Source: Chiloscyllium plagiosum
Lineage: Eukaryota
Reading direction: 5' to 3'
Assembly: GCF_004010195.1 (NCBI RefSeq)
Contig: NC_057718.1
Coordinates: forward strand, 10,274,009-10,306,758
Length of the DNA: 32,750 nucleotides
Shown here: positions 23,278-32,750 of the stretch, piece after piece
Position numbering within the stretch: position 1 is the stretch's first letter
Layout of the letters: the number at the start of each line of letters is the position of its first letter
Program-made: the position numbers and the translations under genes
The notes under the pieces: model-generated
Seen by the model: the letters and a program-made list of their open reading frames with translations, nothing else
Database searches by the model: none
What the model was told of the DNA's origin: nothing

Positions 23278-23598
23278 TGATAGATTCCCTACAGTGTGGA
23301 TGCAGGACATTCAGCCCATCAAGTCCACACTGACCCTCTGAAGAGCATCCTTCCGAGACCCACCCCATCCCAATAACCCTGTAATCCCATAGCTAACCCA
23401 CCCAGCTTGTATGTCCTCGGACACTACGGGGCAATTTAGCATGGAGAAAGTGAGGATTGCAGATGCAGATGCATGGGCAATCCACCTAGCCTGCACAGCT
23501 TTGGACTGTAGGAGGAAACCAGAACACCTGCAGACACAGGGAGACACATCATTTCAAAGCTGGGATCGAACCCGGGTCCCTGGCACTGTGAGTCACTG
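23278..23598 (-). mobile_element. HE1-type V-SINE, internally deleted, with a ~25-bp PLE 3'-tip insert near 23443-23470
   Basis: gggacccgggttcgatccc B-box and tail. Insert ggagaaagtgaggattgcagatgc flanked by gcatgg. Confidence 0.8.
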
Positions 23599-24613
23599 TG
23601 TCATTCACAAGGTGAGGAGGTTAAGGACACTTTAGTTATTGAAGGATGTTGACAAGGTGGTTAAAGAATCTCTCTGCCTTTTGATAGGACAGACCCATAA
23701 ATGAATGATGCAACAAATCCAAAAATGTGTGGGAACAAGAGGCAGTTATTTAGCTCCTTGAACCTTTTCTGACATTCAATGAGATCGATGCGATCATCAC
23801 TGAGAAATCACCACTTTCCCTATATCGCTCAACGCCTTCACTAACAAAAACCTACCTCAGAGTTCAAATTAACAACTGATCCAGTATCATTGGATTTGCA
23901 GAAGAGAGTTCCGAACTACAGTGTGTGTGTGAAAATATTCCCCAACATCATTTCTAAAAGCTTGACTCTGATCTGTGTCACTGCATCCTAAACTCCAAGT
24001 GGAGTTGACACCCGGATAAGATCAGCAATGATCATGTTAAATAGCGTAGTGAGCTCGAAGGACTAAATTAGCTAATTTCATTCCTATTCTTGTACACACT
24101 TCACAAACTCCACCCCATCCAAACCCTTAACACTATGACAGTCCCAGTCTATGTTTGAAAAGTTAAAATCTCCCACCATTACAACAGGCCATTCGGCCCT
24201 TCAGGTGTATGCCGATGCATTTTGCCCTTCCATAAGACAACTGTCTTCACTTATAGGATCTGTGTCCTTCTATTCCCTTGCTATTCATATATATGTCCAG
24301 GAGCTTCTTGAATGCTTGCTTCTAACTTTGAAAAGGGAATTGGATAGATACCAGGAAAGGAGAGAATCTGCATTGTCATGGGGAAGGGGCACGGAGTGGT
24401 ACTCATTGAAAATTTCTTTCAATCAGCCAGCACAGATAGCATGAACTGAAAAGTCATCTCCTGTTTTATATGGAGTTCCAATATTAAGATGGACAATCAG
24501 AATTGTACAGTACAGAAGATGCCCTTTTTTTATTTACTGCCATAAAGACACTACTACCTACACTTGTCCCATTTTCCAACACTAGGCCCGTGGCCTGGTA
24601 TGACATTTCAAGT

Positions 24614-24975
24614 AGGGTGAGGTGGGGGAAGGGGAAATGAGGAAACTGTTGAAGTCCACATTGATGCCCTGGGGTTTGTCCGGACTCAGGACTTTCCCCA
24701 TGACTTGTCCGGACTTGTCCTACCTGCCTATCTCCTTTTCCACCTATCCACTCCACCCTCTCCTCCCTGACCTATCACCTTCATCCGCTCCCCCACTCAC
24801 CCATTGTACTCTATGCTACTTTCTCCCCACCCTCACCCTCCTCTAGCTTATCTCTCCACGCTCCAGGCTCACTGCCTTTATTCCTGATGAAGGGCTTTTG
24901 CCCGAAACGTCGATTTCAAAGCTCCTTGGATCCTGCCTGAACTGCTGTGCTCTTCCAGCATCACTAATCCAGAAA
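24614..24975 (+). mobile_element. 5'-inverted PLE 3' end with intact HHR, inserted in an old CR1 tail
   Basis: Inverted ORF-end piece (minus strand QGINVDFNSFLISP), C-rich 3' UTR and pLTR. 14-bp TSD atgacatttcaagt at 24600-24613 and 24976-24989. Confidence 0.88.
24884..24911 (+). ncRNA. Minimal type I hammerhead ribozyme motif (intact core) in native PLE context
   Basis: CUGAUGA-A-GGGC(UUUU)GCCC-GAAA-CG-UC. Confidence 0.8.
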
Positions 24976-25231
24976 ATGACATTTCAAGTGCTCATCCAAG
25001 TTCCTTTAAAAGTTGTGAAGTTTCCTGTCTCAACTACCCTCCCAGACAATGCATTTCAGATCCTCTGGAGCAAATTACTTTTCCTCAAATGCCCTCAAAA
25101 CCTCCTGCCTTTCACTTTATAAGTGTGCCCCCTCGTCCTTGACCCTCTGACTAAGTGTAACAATGGTTTTCTGTGTCCCTCATAATCTTATACCTCTCAA
25201 TCAGATTCCCCACCTTAACCTTCTCTACTTC

Positions 25232-25625
25232 AAGGTCAGAAGTCACATGACACAAGGTTACAGTCCAACAGGCTTACTTGAAATCACGAGTTTTCGGAGC
25301 GCTGCTCCTTTGTCAGGTAAAGTGAAGAAAAGCAAACAGGCACAAAATGTATAGGCATTGAGATCAAAAAATCATACAAATTCTGTGAGTGGAGTGTCTG
25401 TAGGCTGAATAATAGGTCTCTGCAGGTGATCAAAATTGTCAGACAGTGTGAGTAAAGTCTCAACAGCTGAATAACAAGTGAAGGGATATAATCCAATTAA
25501 ATGAGGCAGACAGATATTTACAAAAAATTAAAACTAAAATGGTGCTGGAGACAAACCAAACGGCTGGAATAACGTAATAGGTATAAAAGTCATATGCCGA
25601 GGGTCTAACCAAAGTAGCAAGTAAT
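25232..25625 (-). mobile_element. PLE 3' region (second family) with degenerate HHR
   Basis: Minus strand cctgacaaaggagcagcgctccgaaaactcgtg...ctgttggactgtaacct. Confidence 0.75.
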
Positions 25626-25880
25626 CTACAGCATTATCTACTCCAACGAAAACAACCCAAGCTTTATGCATCCCTAATGTTTGTGTGTTCTGATCATTGA
25701 GTGAGGTTCATTACATTTTTTAACCAGTAAGACAGCTGGATATAAAGGGAGTGGTTTGAGTCCAGTGAGGTATTTCGGTAAGTCACATTCATGATTAAGG
25801 TATAAAAGACTAAAGCCCAATGATGGAAAGGGCAGGGAAAAGGGTGTGTCGAGCTCCCTCTAATGAATAATCTCCCTCTC

Positions 25881-26358
25881 ATAGATGTAGTGAAACTTGA
25901 AAGGGTTCAGAAAAGATTTACAAGGATGTTGCCAGGGTTGGAGGATTTGAGCTTTAGAGAGAGGTTGAATAAGCTAGGGCTGTTTTCCCTGGAGCGTTGG
26001 AGGCTGAGGGGACCTTATAGAGGTTTACAAAATCATGAGGGACATGGATCGGATAAATAGACAAAGTCTTTTCCCTGGGGTGGGTGAGTCCAGAACTAGA
26101 GGGCATAGGTTTAAGGTGAGAGGGGAAAGATATAAAAGAGACTAAGGGGCAACTTTTCACGCAGAGGATGGTACTTGTATGGAATGAGCTGCCAAATTGC
26201 AACATTTAAAAGGCATCTGAAAGAATATATGAATAGGAAGAATTTGGGGGAATATGGGCCGGGTGCTGGCAGGTGGGACGAGATTGTGTTGGGATATCTG
26301 GTCGGCATGGATGGGTTGGAGGGTCTGTTTCCATGCTGTACATCTGTATGACCCGATG
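25881..26358 (+). mobile_element. CR1/HER1-type LINE 3' end
   Basis: DVVKLERVQKRFTRMLPGLEDLSFRERLNKLGLFSLE. Confidence 0.92.
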
Positions 26359-26609
26359 ATTCAGTGCAAAAGTGAAAATTAGATTTGATTTGGCAGATCT
26401 TTGTTGGTGGTTGAGACCTCATCTCCAGCCCCAGTGAGAGGGGGAAAGGGTCATCCAGGGTGGATTTGGTTGCATCATATAAATTAAGTTTAAAATGTTG
26501 ACTTTTTTTTAATATGTTAGCTTTGAATACACAAGGTAGACATCAAAAGACACATTTAATAGGAAATAAAACAATTGTGAAGTAAGTTTGAAAGAAAGGC
26601 TGAAAAATC

Positions 26610-27155
26610 TTTTTGGATGTCCCAATGAAGTAATTTATGAAGTGGAGTCCTTGTTAAAATCTACAAAATGTGGCAACCCATTTGCACACAGCAAGTTCCC
26701 ACAGACAGCATTGAAATAAGTACTCAATCATTCAATTTAGGAGCTGAAAATGTGTTGCTGGAAAAGCGCAGCAGGTCAGGCAGCATCCAAGGAGCAGGTT
26801 TCAGGCATGAGCCTTTCTTCAGGAATGAGGAATGAGGACACTCTCCTAATTCCTGAAGACGGGCTCATGCCCGAAACATCGAATCTCCTGCTCCTTGGAT
26901 GCTGCCTGACCTGCTGCGCTTTTCCAGCAACACATTTTCAGCTCTGATCTCCAGCATCTGCAGACCTCACTTTTTCCCATTCAATTTAGGAGTCAATTTG
27001 ACTGATAAAGATTGGCCAATATATCAGAGACAACAATGAACAATCTCTTTGAAATGTTGCTGTGGGATCTCCTTCAGTTCAGGTAATGAATTTCCAGCTA
27101 AGGTGGAAGCTACAGGTTTTTAAGGACAGGAGTGCAAGTAATGGACAGCACTTTG
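26610..27155 (-). mobile_element. Old DeuSINE remnant hosting a PLE palindrome
   Basis: tttgcacacagcaagttcccacagacagca..gataaagattggcca..gctgtgggatct..ggacagcact. Confidence 0.6.
26744..26977. mobile_element. PLE pLTR palindrome with HHR (+, ~26853-26880)
   Basis: CUGAAGA-C-GGGC(UCAU)GCCC-GAAA-CA-UC, stem I attc/gaat. 15-bp TSD cattcaatttaggag at 26729-26743 and 26978-26992. Confidence 0.9.
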
Positions 27156-27240
27156 TAGGAGCAAATTACTGCGGATGTGGGAAACTGGACTAAACAAAAA
27201 AAAATGCTGGAATTCACAGTGAGTCAGGCAGCATGGAGAG

Positions 27241-28201
27241 TGCTATACATTTACTATAAACCAACCGACTCCCACAGCTATCTAGACTACACCTCCTCCC
27301 ACCCTGCCCCCTGTAAAAACGCCATCCCATATTCCCAATTCCTTCGTCTCCACCGCATCTGCTCTCAGGAGGACCAGTTCCAATATCGTACAACCCAGAT
27401 GGCCTCCTTCTTCAAAGACCACAATTTCCCCCCAGACGTGATCGACGATGCCCTCCACCGCATCTCTTCCACTTCCCGCTCCTCCGCCTTTGAGCCCCGC
27501 CCCTCCAATCGCCACCAGGACAGAACCCCACTGGCCCTCACCTACCACCCCACNNNNNNNNNNNNNNNNNNNNNNNNNNNNNNNNNNNNNNNNNNNNNNN
27601 NNNNNNNNNNNNNNNNNNNNNNNNNNNNNNNNNNNNNNNNNNNNNNNNNNNNNNNNNNNNNNNNNNNNNNNNNNNNNNNNNNNNNNNNNNNNNNNNNNNN
27701 NNNNNNNNNNNNNNNNNNNNNNNNNNNNNNNNNNNNNNNNNNNNNNNNNNNNNNNNNNNNNNNNNNNNNNNNNNNNNNNNNNNNNNNNNNNNNNNNNNNN
27801 NNNNNNNNNNNNNNNNNNNNNNNNNNNNNNNNNNNNNNNNNNNNNNNNNNNNNNNNNNNNNNNNNNNNNNNNNNNNNNNNNNNNNNNNNNNNNNNNNNNN
27901 NNNNNNNNNNNNNNNNNNNNNNNNNNNNNNNNNNNNNNNNNNNNNNTCCTAACCTGCAATCTTCTTCCTGACCTCTCCGCCCCCACCCCCACTCCGGCCT
28001 ATCACCCTCACCTTGACCTCCTTCCACCTATCGCATTTCCAACGCCCCTCCCCCAAGTCCCTCCTCCCTACCTTTTATCTTAGCCTGCTGTGCACACTTT
28101 CCTCATTCCTGAAAAAGGGCTCATGCCCGAAACATCGATTCTCCTGATCCTTGGATGCTGCCTGACCTGCTGCGCTCTTCCAGCAACACATTTTCAGCAC
28201 T
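27241..28201 (+). mobile_element. Young 5'-truncated Penelope-like element (RT C-terminus, gap, 3' UTR, pLTR with CUGAAAA-variant HHR near 28109-28136)
   Basis: YYKPTDSHSYLDYTSSHPAPCKNAIPYSQFLRLHRICS..PLALTYHP. pLTR matches the palindrome arms. Candidate TSD catggagag at 27232-27240 and 28202-28210. Confidence 0.92.
27554..27946. other. Assembly gap (393 N)
   Basis: Run of n. Confidence 0.99.
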
Positions 28202-28220
28202 CATGGAGAGACAGCAAGCT

Positions 28221-28251
28221 AATGTTTCGAGTCTAGATGACCGTTCATCAG
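28221..28251 (-). ncRNA. Degenerate hammerhead motif of a fourth PLE family (host element ~27157-27240 and ~28202-28320, minus strand)
   Basis: agct-CUGAUGA-A-cgGUC(AUCUA)GACuc-GAAA-CA-UU-agct. 4-bp stem I. Confidence 0.6.
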
Positions 28252-28439
28252 AGCTGATGGGAAGTGTGGAGGGGCCAACATTTATGGAGAAGGGGGAAGG
28301 GATGGTGTTGACAAGCTCTGACACACTGCCTTCCTGATCAAATAGAGTTCATTTTGCATGAGAAAGTAATTTTCATTTTGTAATCTTTCTTTCAGTTGAT
28401 TTCATTCTCTTTTAAAACAGAATTACTACATCCACAAGT

Positions 28440-28780
28440 GTACACTCCCTCCACTTATCAATGCTCAGTAGCAGCAGTGTATACCATCTACAAGATGCAC
28501 TGCAAAAATTCACCAAAGATCCTCAGACAGCACCTTCCAAACCCATGACCACTTGCATCTAGATGGACACATGGGAACACTATCAGCTGCATATTCTCCT
28601 CCAAGACACTCACCGTCCTGACTTGGAAATATATCACTGTTTCTTCACTGTTGCTGGGTCAAAATCCTGGAACTCCCTCCCCAAGGCATTGTGAGCTAAC
28701 CTACAGCATATGGACTGCAGCGGTTCAAGAAGGCAGCTCACCACCCACCTTCTCATGCCCCACGAGTGAATTAAAAAGAA
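28440..28780 (+). mobile_element. Old non-LTR 3' end (same family as 9500-10135)
   Basis: gtgtataccatctacaagatgcactgca..aaaatcctggaactccctcc..ggactgcagcggttcaagaaggcagctcaccac. Confidence 0.8.
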
Positions 28781-29211
28781 ATTACAAAACAGCTCCCTTC
28801 CAGTCAGGTTTGTCGTGGGTTAAGCTCCAGTGCAGAGTGCAAACTGCATGTAGGGTGTGCTGCCAAGTCTGAGATGTTGTGGTTCATTACACATTTCAGA
28901 CACATCAGCACCAGGATTGGGAAAATTATTTATACAGGGCACAGTCCAGAGTTGAGACCGAGGTGGAGTGGGTAAGGGAAGAGCACTGATAGCCCTCCAC
29001 CCTCAGCCAACCTAACAGTTTCAATTACATGTTTTGTGATGGTGGATCTCACATACACAGCAGAACAGGAACAACTTGTTGCCATACCATTGTCTTGGGA
29101 TGATGATGAACAATTGCCAGGGAGTTTGGGAGCACCTTTCAACTTGCCTCAACTCCACATTGTAATTGCACCTCTGGTATCAGTCGGTAGTTTTTAAGAC
29201 CGACGAGATGT

Positions 29212-29310
29212 GGAGGTTGTTGTGATACACAGTGGATAGTGTCCCTTCCGCTGAGCTGGAGATCTGGGTTCAAGTCCCGCTCCAGGACCTGATGGCCAAG
29301 GAAGGTGTTG
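29212..29310 (+). mobile_element. tRNA-derived SINE head
   Basis: A-box-like gtgatacacagtggatagtg and B-box gggttcaagtccc. No tRNA cloverleaf. Confidence 0.6.
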
Positions 29311-30661
29311 GGTATCAGCCTACATGTTCTCCCATTTGCACACCAGCAGTGCTCAGTAAAAGAGGAAGAGTTTAGGTTCCATGTCATAGATTCGCAGAGC
29401 GTGGCAACACCAACATTACTATTCACCGCTCCAGGCGAAACACAAATGTTGTCATAGTAACTCGGATTTCCTGATTGAACTGTAACACGCCCTCACCTGT
29501 TGTTCACAGTCAGCAGTTTCACTCCCTGAGATTCCTGATACACCTGGTTTCAGTATCAGTAGCCTTGGTGCCACACCCAAACCTGGTGAATAACTATGTG
29601 CATAAAAAGCTGCAGAGAGAGTCTCTAAAGACTGTCAGCCTTTCATTTCCCATTCTTCCTTAAAGAATTGGCAGCATTTATGGCCCATCCCTAATTGGCC
29701 CCACACCACTGTCTCTCTGCAGCCATTACCCACCTGTGTTACGCAGAAGGGAGTAGCCTAATTCTAAAACTGGGTGTGTTTACCATGTCCCTCAGGCAGC
29801 ACTGCCCTTAGGTTTATTTGGAGAGCTTCTGAGAGCATACATGGCACTCAAATCATTACATATATACTGCTCCAAGACAATATTGTTTACAAGATTGGGT
29901 TGAATGAAATGTTCCCTTTTACCTATTTGATCTCTTCTTTCCTCTTGGTTTCACCATTTAACAGTTTCCTAAATGGATCTAGTATCCCCAGCCTCCGACA
30001 CCTGATTTCAGCCACTTGTGACCAACTGCACAAACTGTAATCTGTCAGAAAGATGATGTGTCAGAAAAGTCCATGATACTTGAGAAGGTGTTGATGACTG
30101 ATTAGCCATTTTGGCGAGGGAGTTAAACTTTGTTACATGTCTGATTTCAGGATTGTATTCCGTGTGAGTACTTTCACCCTGAATCAGAAGGTCAGGATGG
30201 AGGGAATTGATTGTGGGGGTGGGGGGGTGGATGGAGTTGTGGGGGAGGCGTAGTAATCAAAGCTGTTTAAGCCCCTCCCCATTACCTCCCCTGTCTAGCT
30301 TTTAAATAACAGCAGCCTGCATTTATATAGTACCTTTAGCACAATAGTACACCCGAAGATGCTTCAAAAAAAGCAATAACAACCAATCTTTTCACCTCAC
30401 CATGTGGGAGACAAACGCTTGATGAAAGAGGTAACATTTGAGGAACCTCTTACAGGTTAAAAAAGAGGCTGAGAGGCTCAGGGAGGGAATTCCAGAACTA
30501 ACAGTGTAACATTTTAAGTTCTATTTCTGATTACGTAATTATAACTTTCAGTATGGGAACTGAATCAGAGGGAGGTCATAGGACAATAAGTGGATATAAA
30601 CAGCATGCTGTGACAGAGAACATCTATAATATCGACACATCCCTGATCTATAATTTCAGAA

Positions 30662-30795
30662 CAGGGATGGGGAGAGGAGAGAGAAGACAAGAGACGAGGA
30701 ATGAGGAGAGGAAAGGACAGGAGAGAGGAGGAGAAGTGAGAGAAGGGGAGGGGAGGGGAGGACAGGAGAGGGGATTGGAAGGAAGGAGAGGAGGA
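30662..30795 (+). repeat. Polypurine (GGAGA/GGAGG)n low-complexity tract
   Basis: Direct inspection. Confidence 0.9.
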
Positions 30796-31199
30796 TGCGC
30801 AGAGAGCATTTTGAGAGGTTTCAAAATCAGGAGCACTTTGAACTGAGTAGATAGGGGAAAGTATTCCTCTTGGTGGAAGGGTTGAGAAGCAGATGACACT
30901 GAATAAAGGTGACTGCGAAAAAAAAAATGGCTCCTCCAACTCCATTTTGAATTAGGCTTTTCCCTCTCTCCCTACCCACACCCCACCCCCCCTCACTTTT
31001 GAAGGTTCACATTGCCAGTAATGGGCTTTCCACATAAAAGTCTAACTGACTGCATTGGTGATTATTGTTGGGGGTTAATAGTTAAAAACAAAAAAATCGT
31101 GGTAATTTGGTAATGGGAAAGCTGCTCAGTTGTGCGTGATAACATCTGTGGGTTTAAAAAAAAGAAACAGTGGCCACAAGAGATAAGAAAAAGGCAGGC

Positions 31200-31870
31200 C
31201 AGTTGTTTCCGCTGGTGGGTGAGACTAGGACTAGGGGACATGGCCTCAAGATTAGGGGGAGTAGATTTAGGACAGAGATGAGGAGGAACTGCTTTTCCCA
31301 GAGAGTAGGAATCTATGGAATTCTCTGCCCAAGGAAGCAGTAGAGGCAAAAAAAACTGCAGATACTGGAATCCAAAATAGACAGGCAGGAAGGAGGCTGG
31401 AAGAACACAGCAAGCCAGGCAGCATCGGAGGTTGGCAGAGAACTTCTTCAAAGTGGGTAAAACACAGTAGGATGGGTTTTTGCATGGTAGGGGAATGAAG
31501 GGTTATGGGGATAATGCAGTTCAGAGGAGCAGAGACGATGAATAGATTGGCCATGATCTTAATGAATGGTGGAGCAGGCTCTATGGGCTAAATGGCCTAC
31601 TCCTGCTTCTGTTACTGTGAAACTATGAAAGAGGATAAACCTGCTTCCACAGCAAGTAGAGAGAATGTGGAAGGCACCATCTGAGAGTGCAGTGGAAACA
31701 GATTCAATCATGCCTCTCAGAAGATATTTGGATAATGATCTGAACAGGCAGAGCTTGCAGGGCTCTGTAGGGAAGCAGGGGAGTGGGTCTAGCTGAATTA
31801 GTACAACAGAGGGCCAGCACAGACATGATGGGCCACTTGAGCTCCTTCTATATTGTACACATTCCATATA
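31200..31870 (+). mobile_element. Two old CR1 3' ends, with a PLE-like tail (-) inserted at ~31347-31450
   Basis: ETRTRGHGLKIRGSRFRTEMRRNCFSQRV, tail gggctaaatggcctactcctgct. Confidence 0.8.
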
Positions 31871-32063
31871 CTACCAAGGGTAGATAATGTGTCTGGAATG
31901 ACAGACCATGGATGGGTCTTGTGGTAGTACACCCGGATGTAGGCCAGATAGCCGAGGTTCAGAACCTAATGGTAAGGTCCTCGGGAGTGTTGCTGAACAA
32001 AGAGACCTTGGAGTGCAGGTTCAAAGCTCCTTGAAAGTGGAGTCGCAGGTAGATAGGATAGTG

Positions 32064-32750
32064 AATAGACAATAGACAATAGGTGCAGGAATCGGCCATT
32101 CTATCCTTCGAGCCTGCACCACCATTCAATATGATCATGGCTGATCATCCCTAATCAGTATCCTGTTCCTGCCTTATCTCCATAACCCTTGATTCCACAA
32201 TCCTTGAGAGCCCTATCCAACTCTTTCTTAAATGAGTCCAGAGACTGGGCCTCCACTGCCCTCTGGGGCAGAGCATTCCACACAGCCACCACTCTCTGGG
32301 TGAAGAAGTTTCTCCTCATCTCTGTCCTAAATAGTCTACCCCATAGTTTTAAGCTGTGTCCTCTGGTTCGGCACTCACCCATCAGCAGAAACATGTTTCC
32401 TGCCTCCAGAGTGTCCAATGTCTCAATCCTACATGTCTCAATCAGATCCCCTCTCAATCTTCTAAACTCAAGGGTATACAAGCCCAGTCGCTTCAGTCTT
32501 TCAGTGTAAGGTAATCCCGCCATTCCAGGAATTGACCTCGTGAACCTACGCTGCACTCCCTCAATAGCCAGAATATCTTTCCTCAAATTTGGAGACCAGA
32601 ACTGCACACAGTATTCCAGGTGTGGTCTCACCAGGGCCCTGTACAGCTGAAGAAGCACCTCTTTGCTTCTATACTCAATTCCTCTTGTTATGAAGGCCAG
32701 CATGCTATTAGCCTTCTTCACTACCTGATGTACCTGCATGCTTACCTTCA
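32064..32750 (-). mobile_element. Young CR1-clade LINE 3' end, ORF2 open to its stop, continuing beyond the window
   Basis: 194-aa ORF (LYRALVRPHLEYCVQFWSP..RRNFFTQRVV..GTGY*), (aatagac)n tail. Very similar to 18570-18899. Confidence 0.95.

Noticed and set aside
27177..28083. Long ORFs spanning the N run
   Set aside because: Their length is inflated by the gap. Only the PLE RT part before the gap is meaningful.
29212..29310. tRNA gene
   Set aside because: Only A/B-box-like motifs are present, with no acceptor or anticodon stems. It is better explained as a SINE head.
29520..29600. FGCGTK / APRLLI resemblance to an antigen-receptor J or V segment
   Set aside because: The J reading needs a frameshift and has no CACTGTG-type heptamer at 12/23 spacing. 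The V reading lacks the conserved Cys, Trp and YYC.
30553..30945. ORFs over the purine tract
   Set aside because: Low-complexity artefacts.
1..32750. CRISPR array or prokaryotic operon
   Set aside because: There is no regularly spaced repeat-spacer structure, and all recognisable content is vertebrate retroelement sequence.

Overview
Repeat-dense eukaryotic DNA, almost certainly from a shark or ray (inferred from HE1-type V-SINEs and HER1/CR1-type LINEs). I cannot confidently identify a host protein-coding gene. The ORF track is mostly retroelement debris: CR1-clade LINE RT fragments, Penelope-like element (PLE) RT and GIY-YIG fragments, V-SINEs, DeuSINEs and a 393-N gap. The strongest signal is about a dozen minimal type I hammerhead-ribozyme (HHR) motifs from at least four sequence families. 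They share the layout CUGANGA-N-stemII-GAAA-NN-UH, with a palindromic 4-nt stem III in the best copies and covarying stems. They lie in PLE 3' termini (pLTRs), and about six have been inserted as ~170-235 bp ORF-less fold-back palindromes with 11-15 bp target-site duplications (TSDs). A diverged tandem duplication (~3864-6747 and ~7155-9253) with an inverted templated insert at its junction supplies empty sites that confirm two of these insertions. Repeat boundaries were set by eye and are approximate unless a TSD is given.
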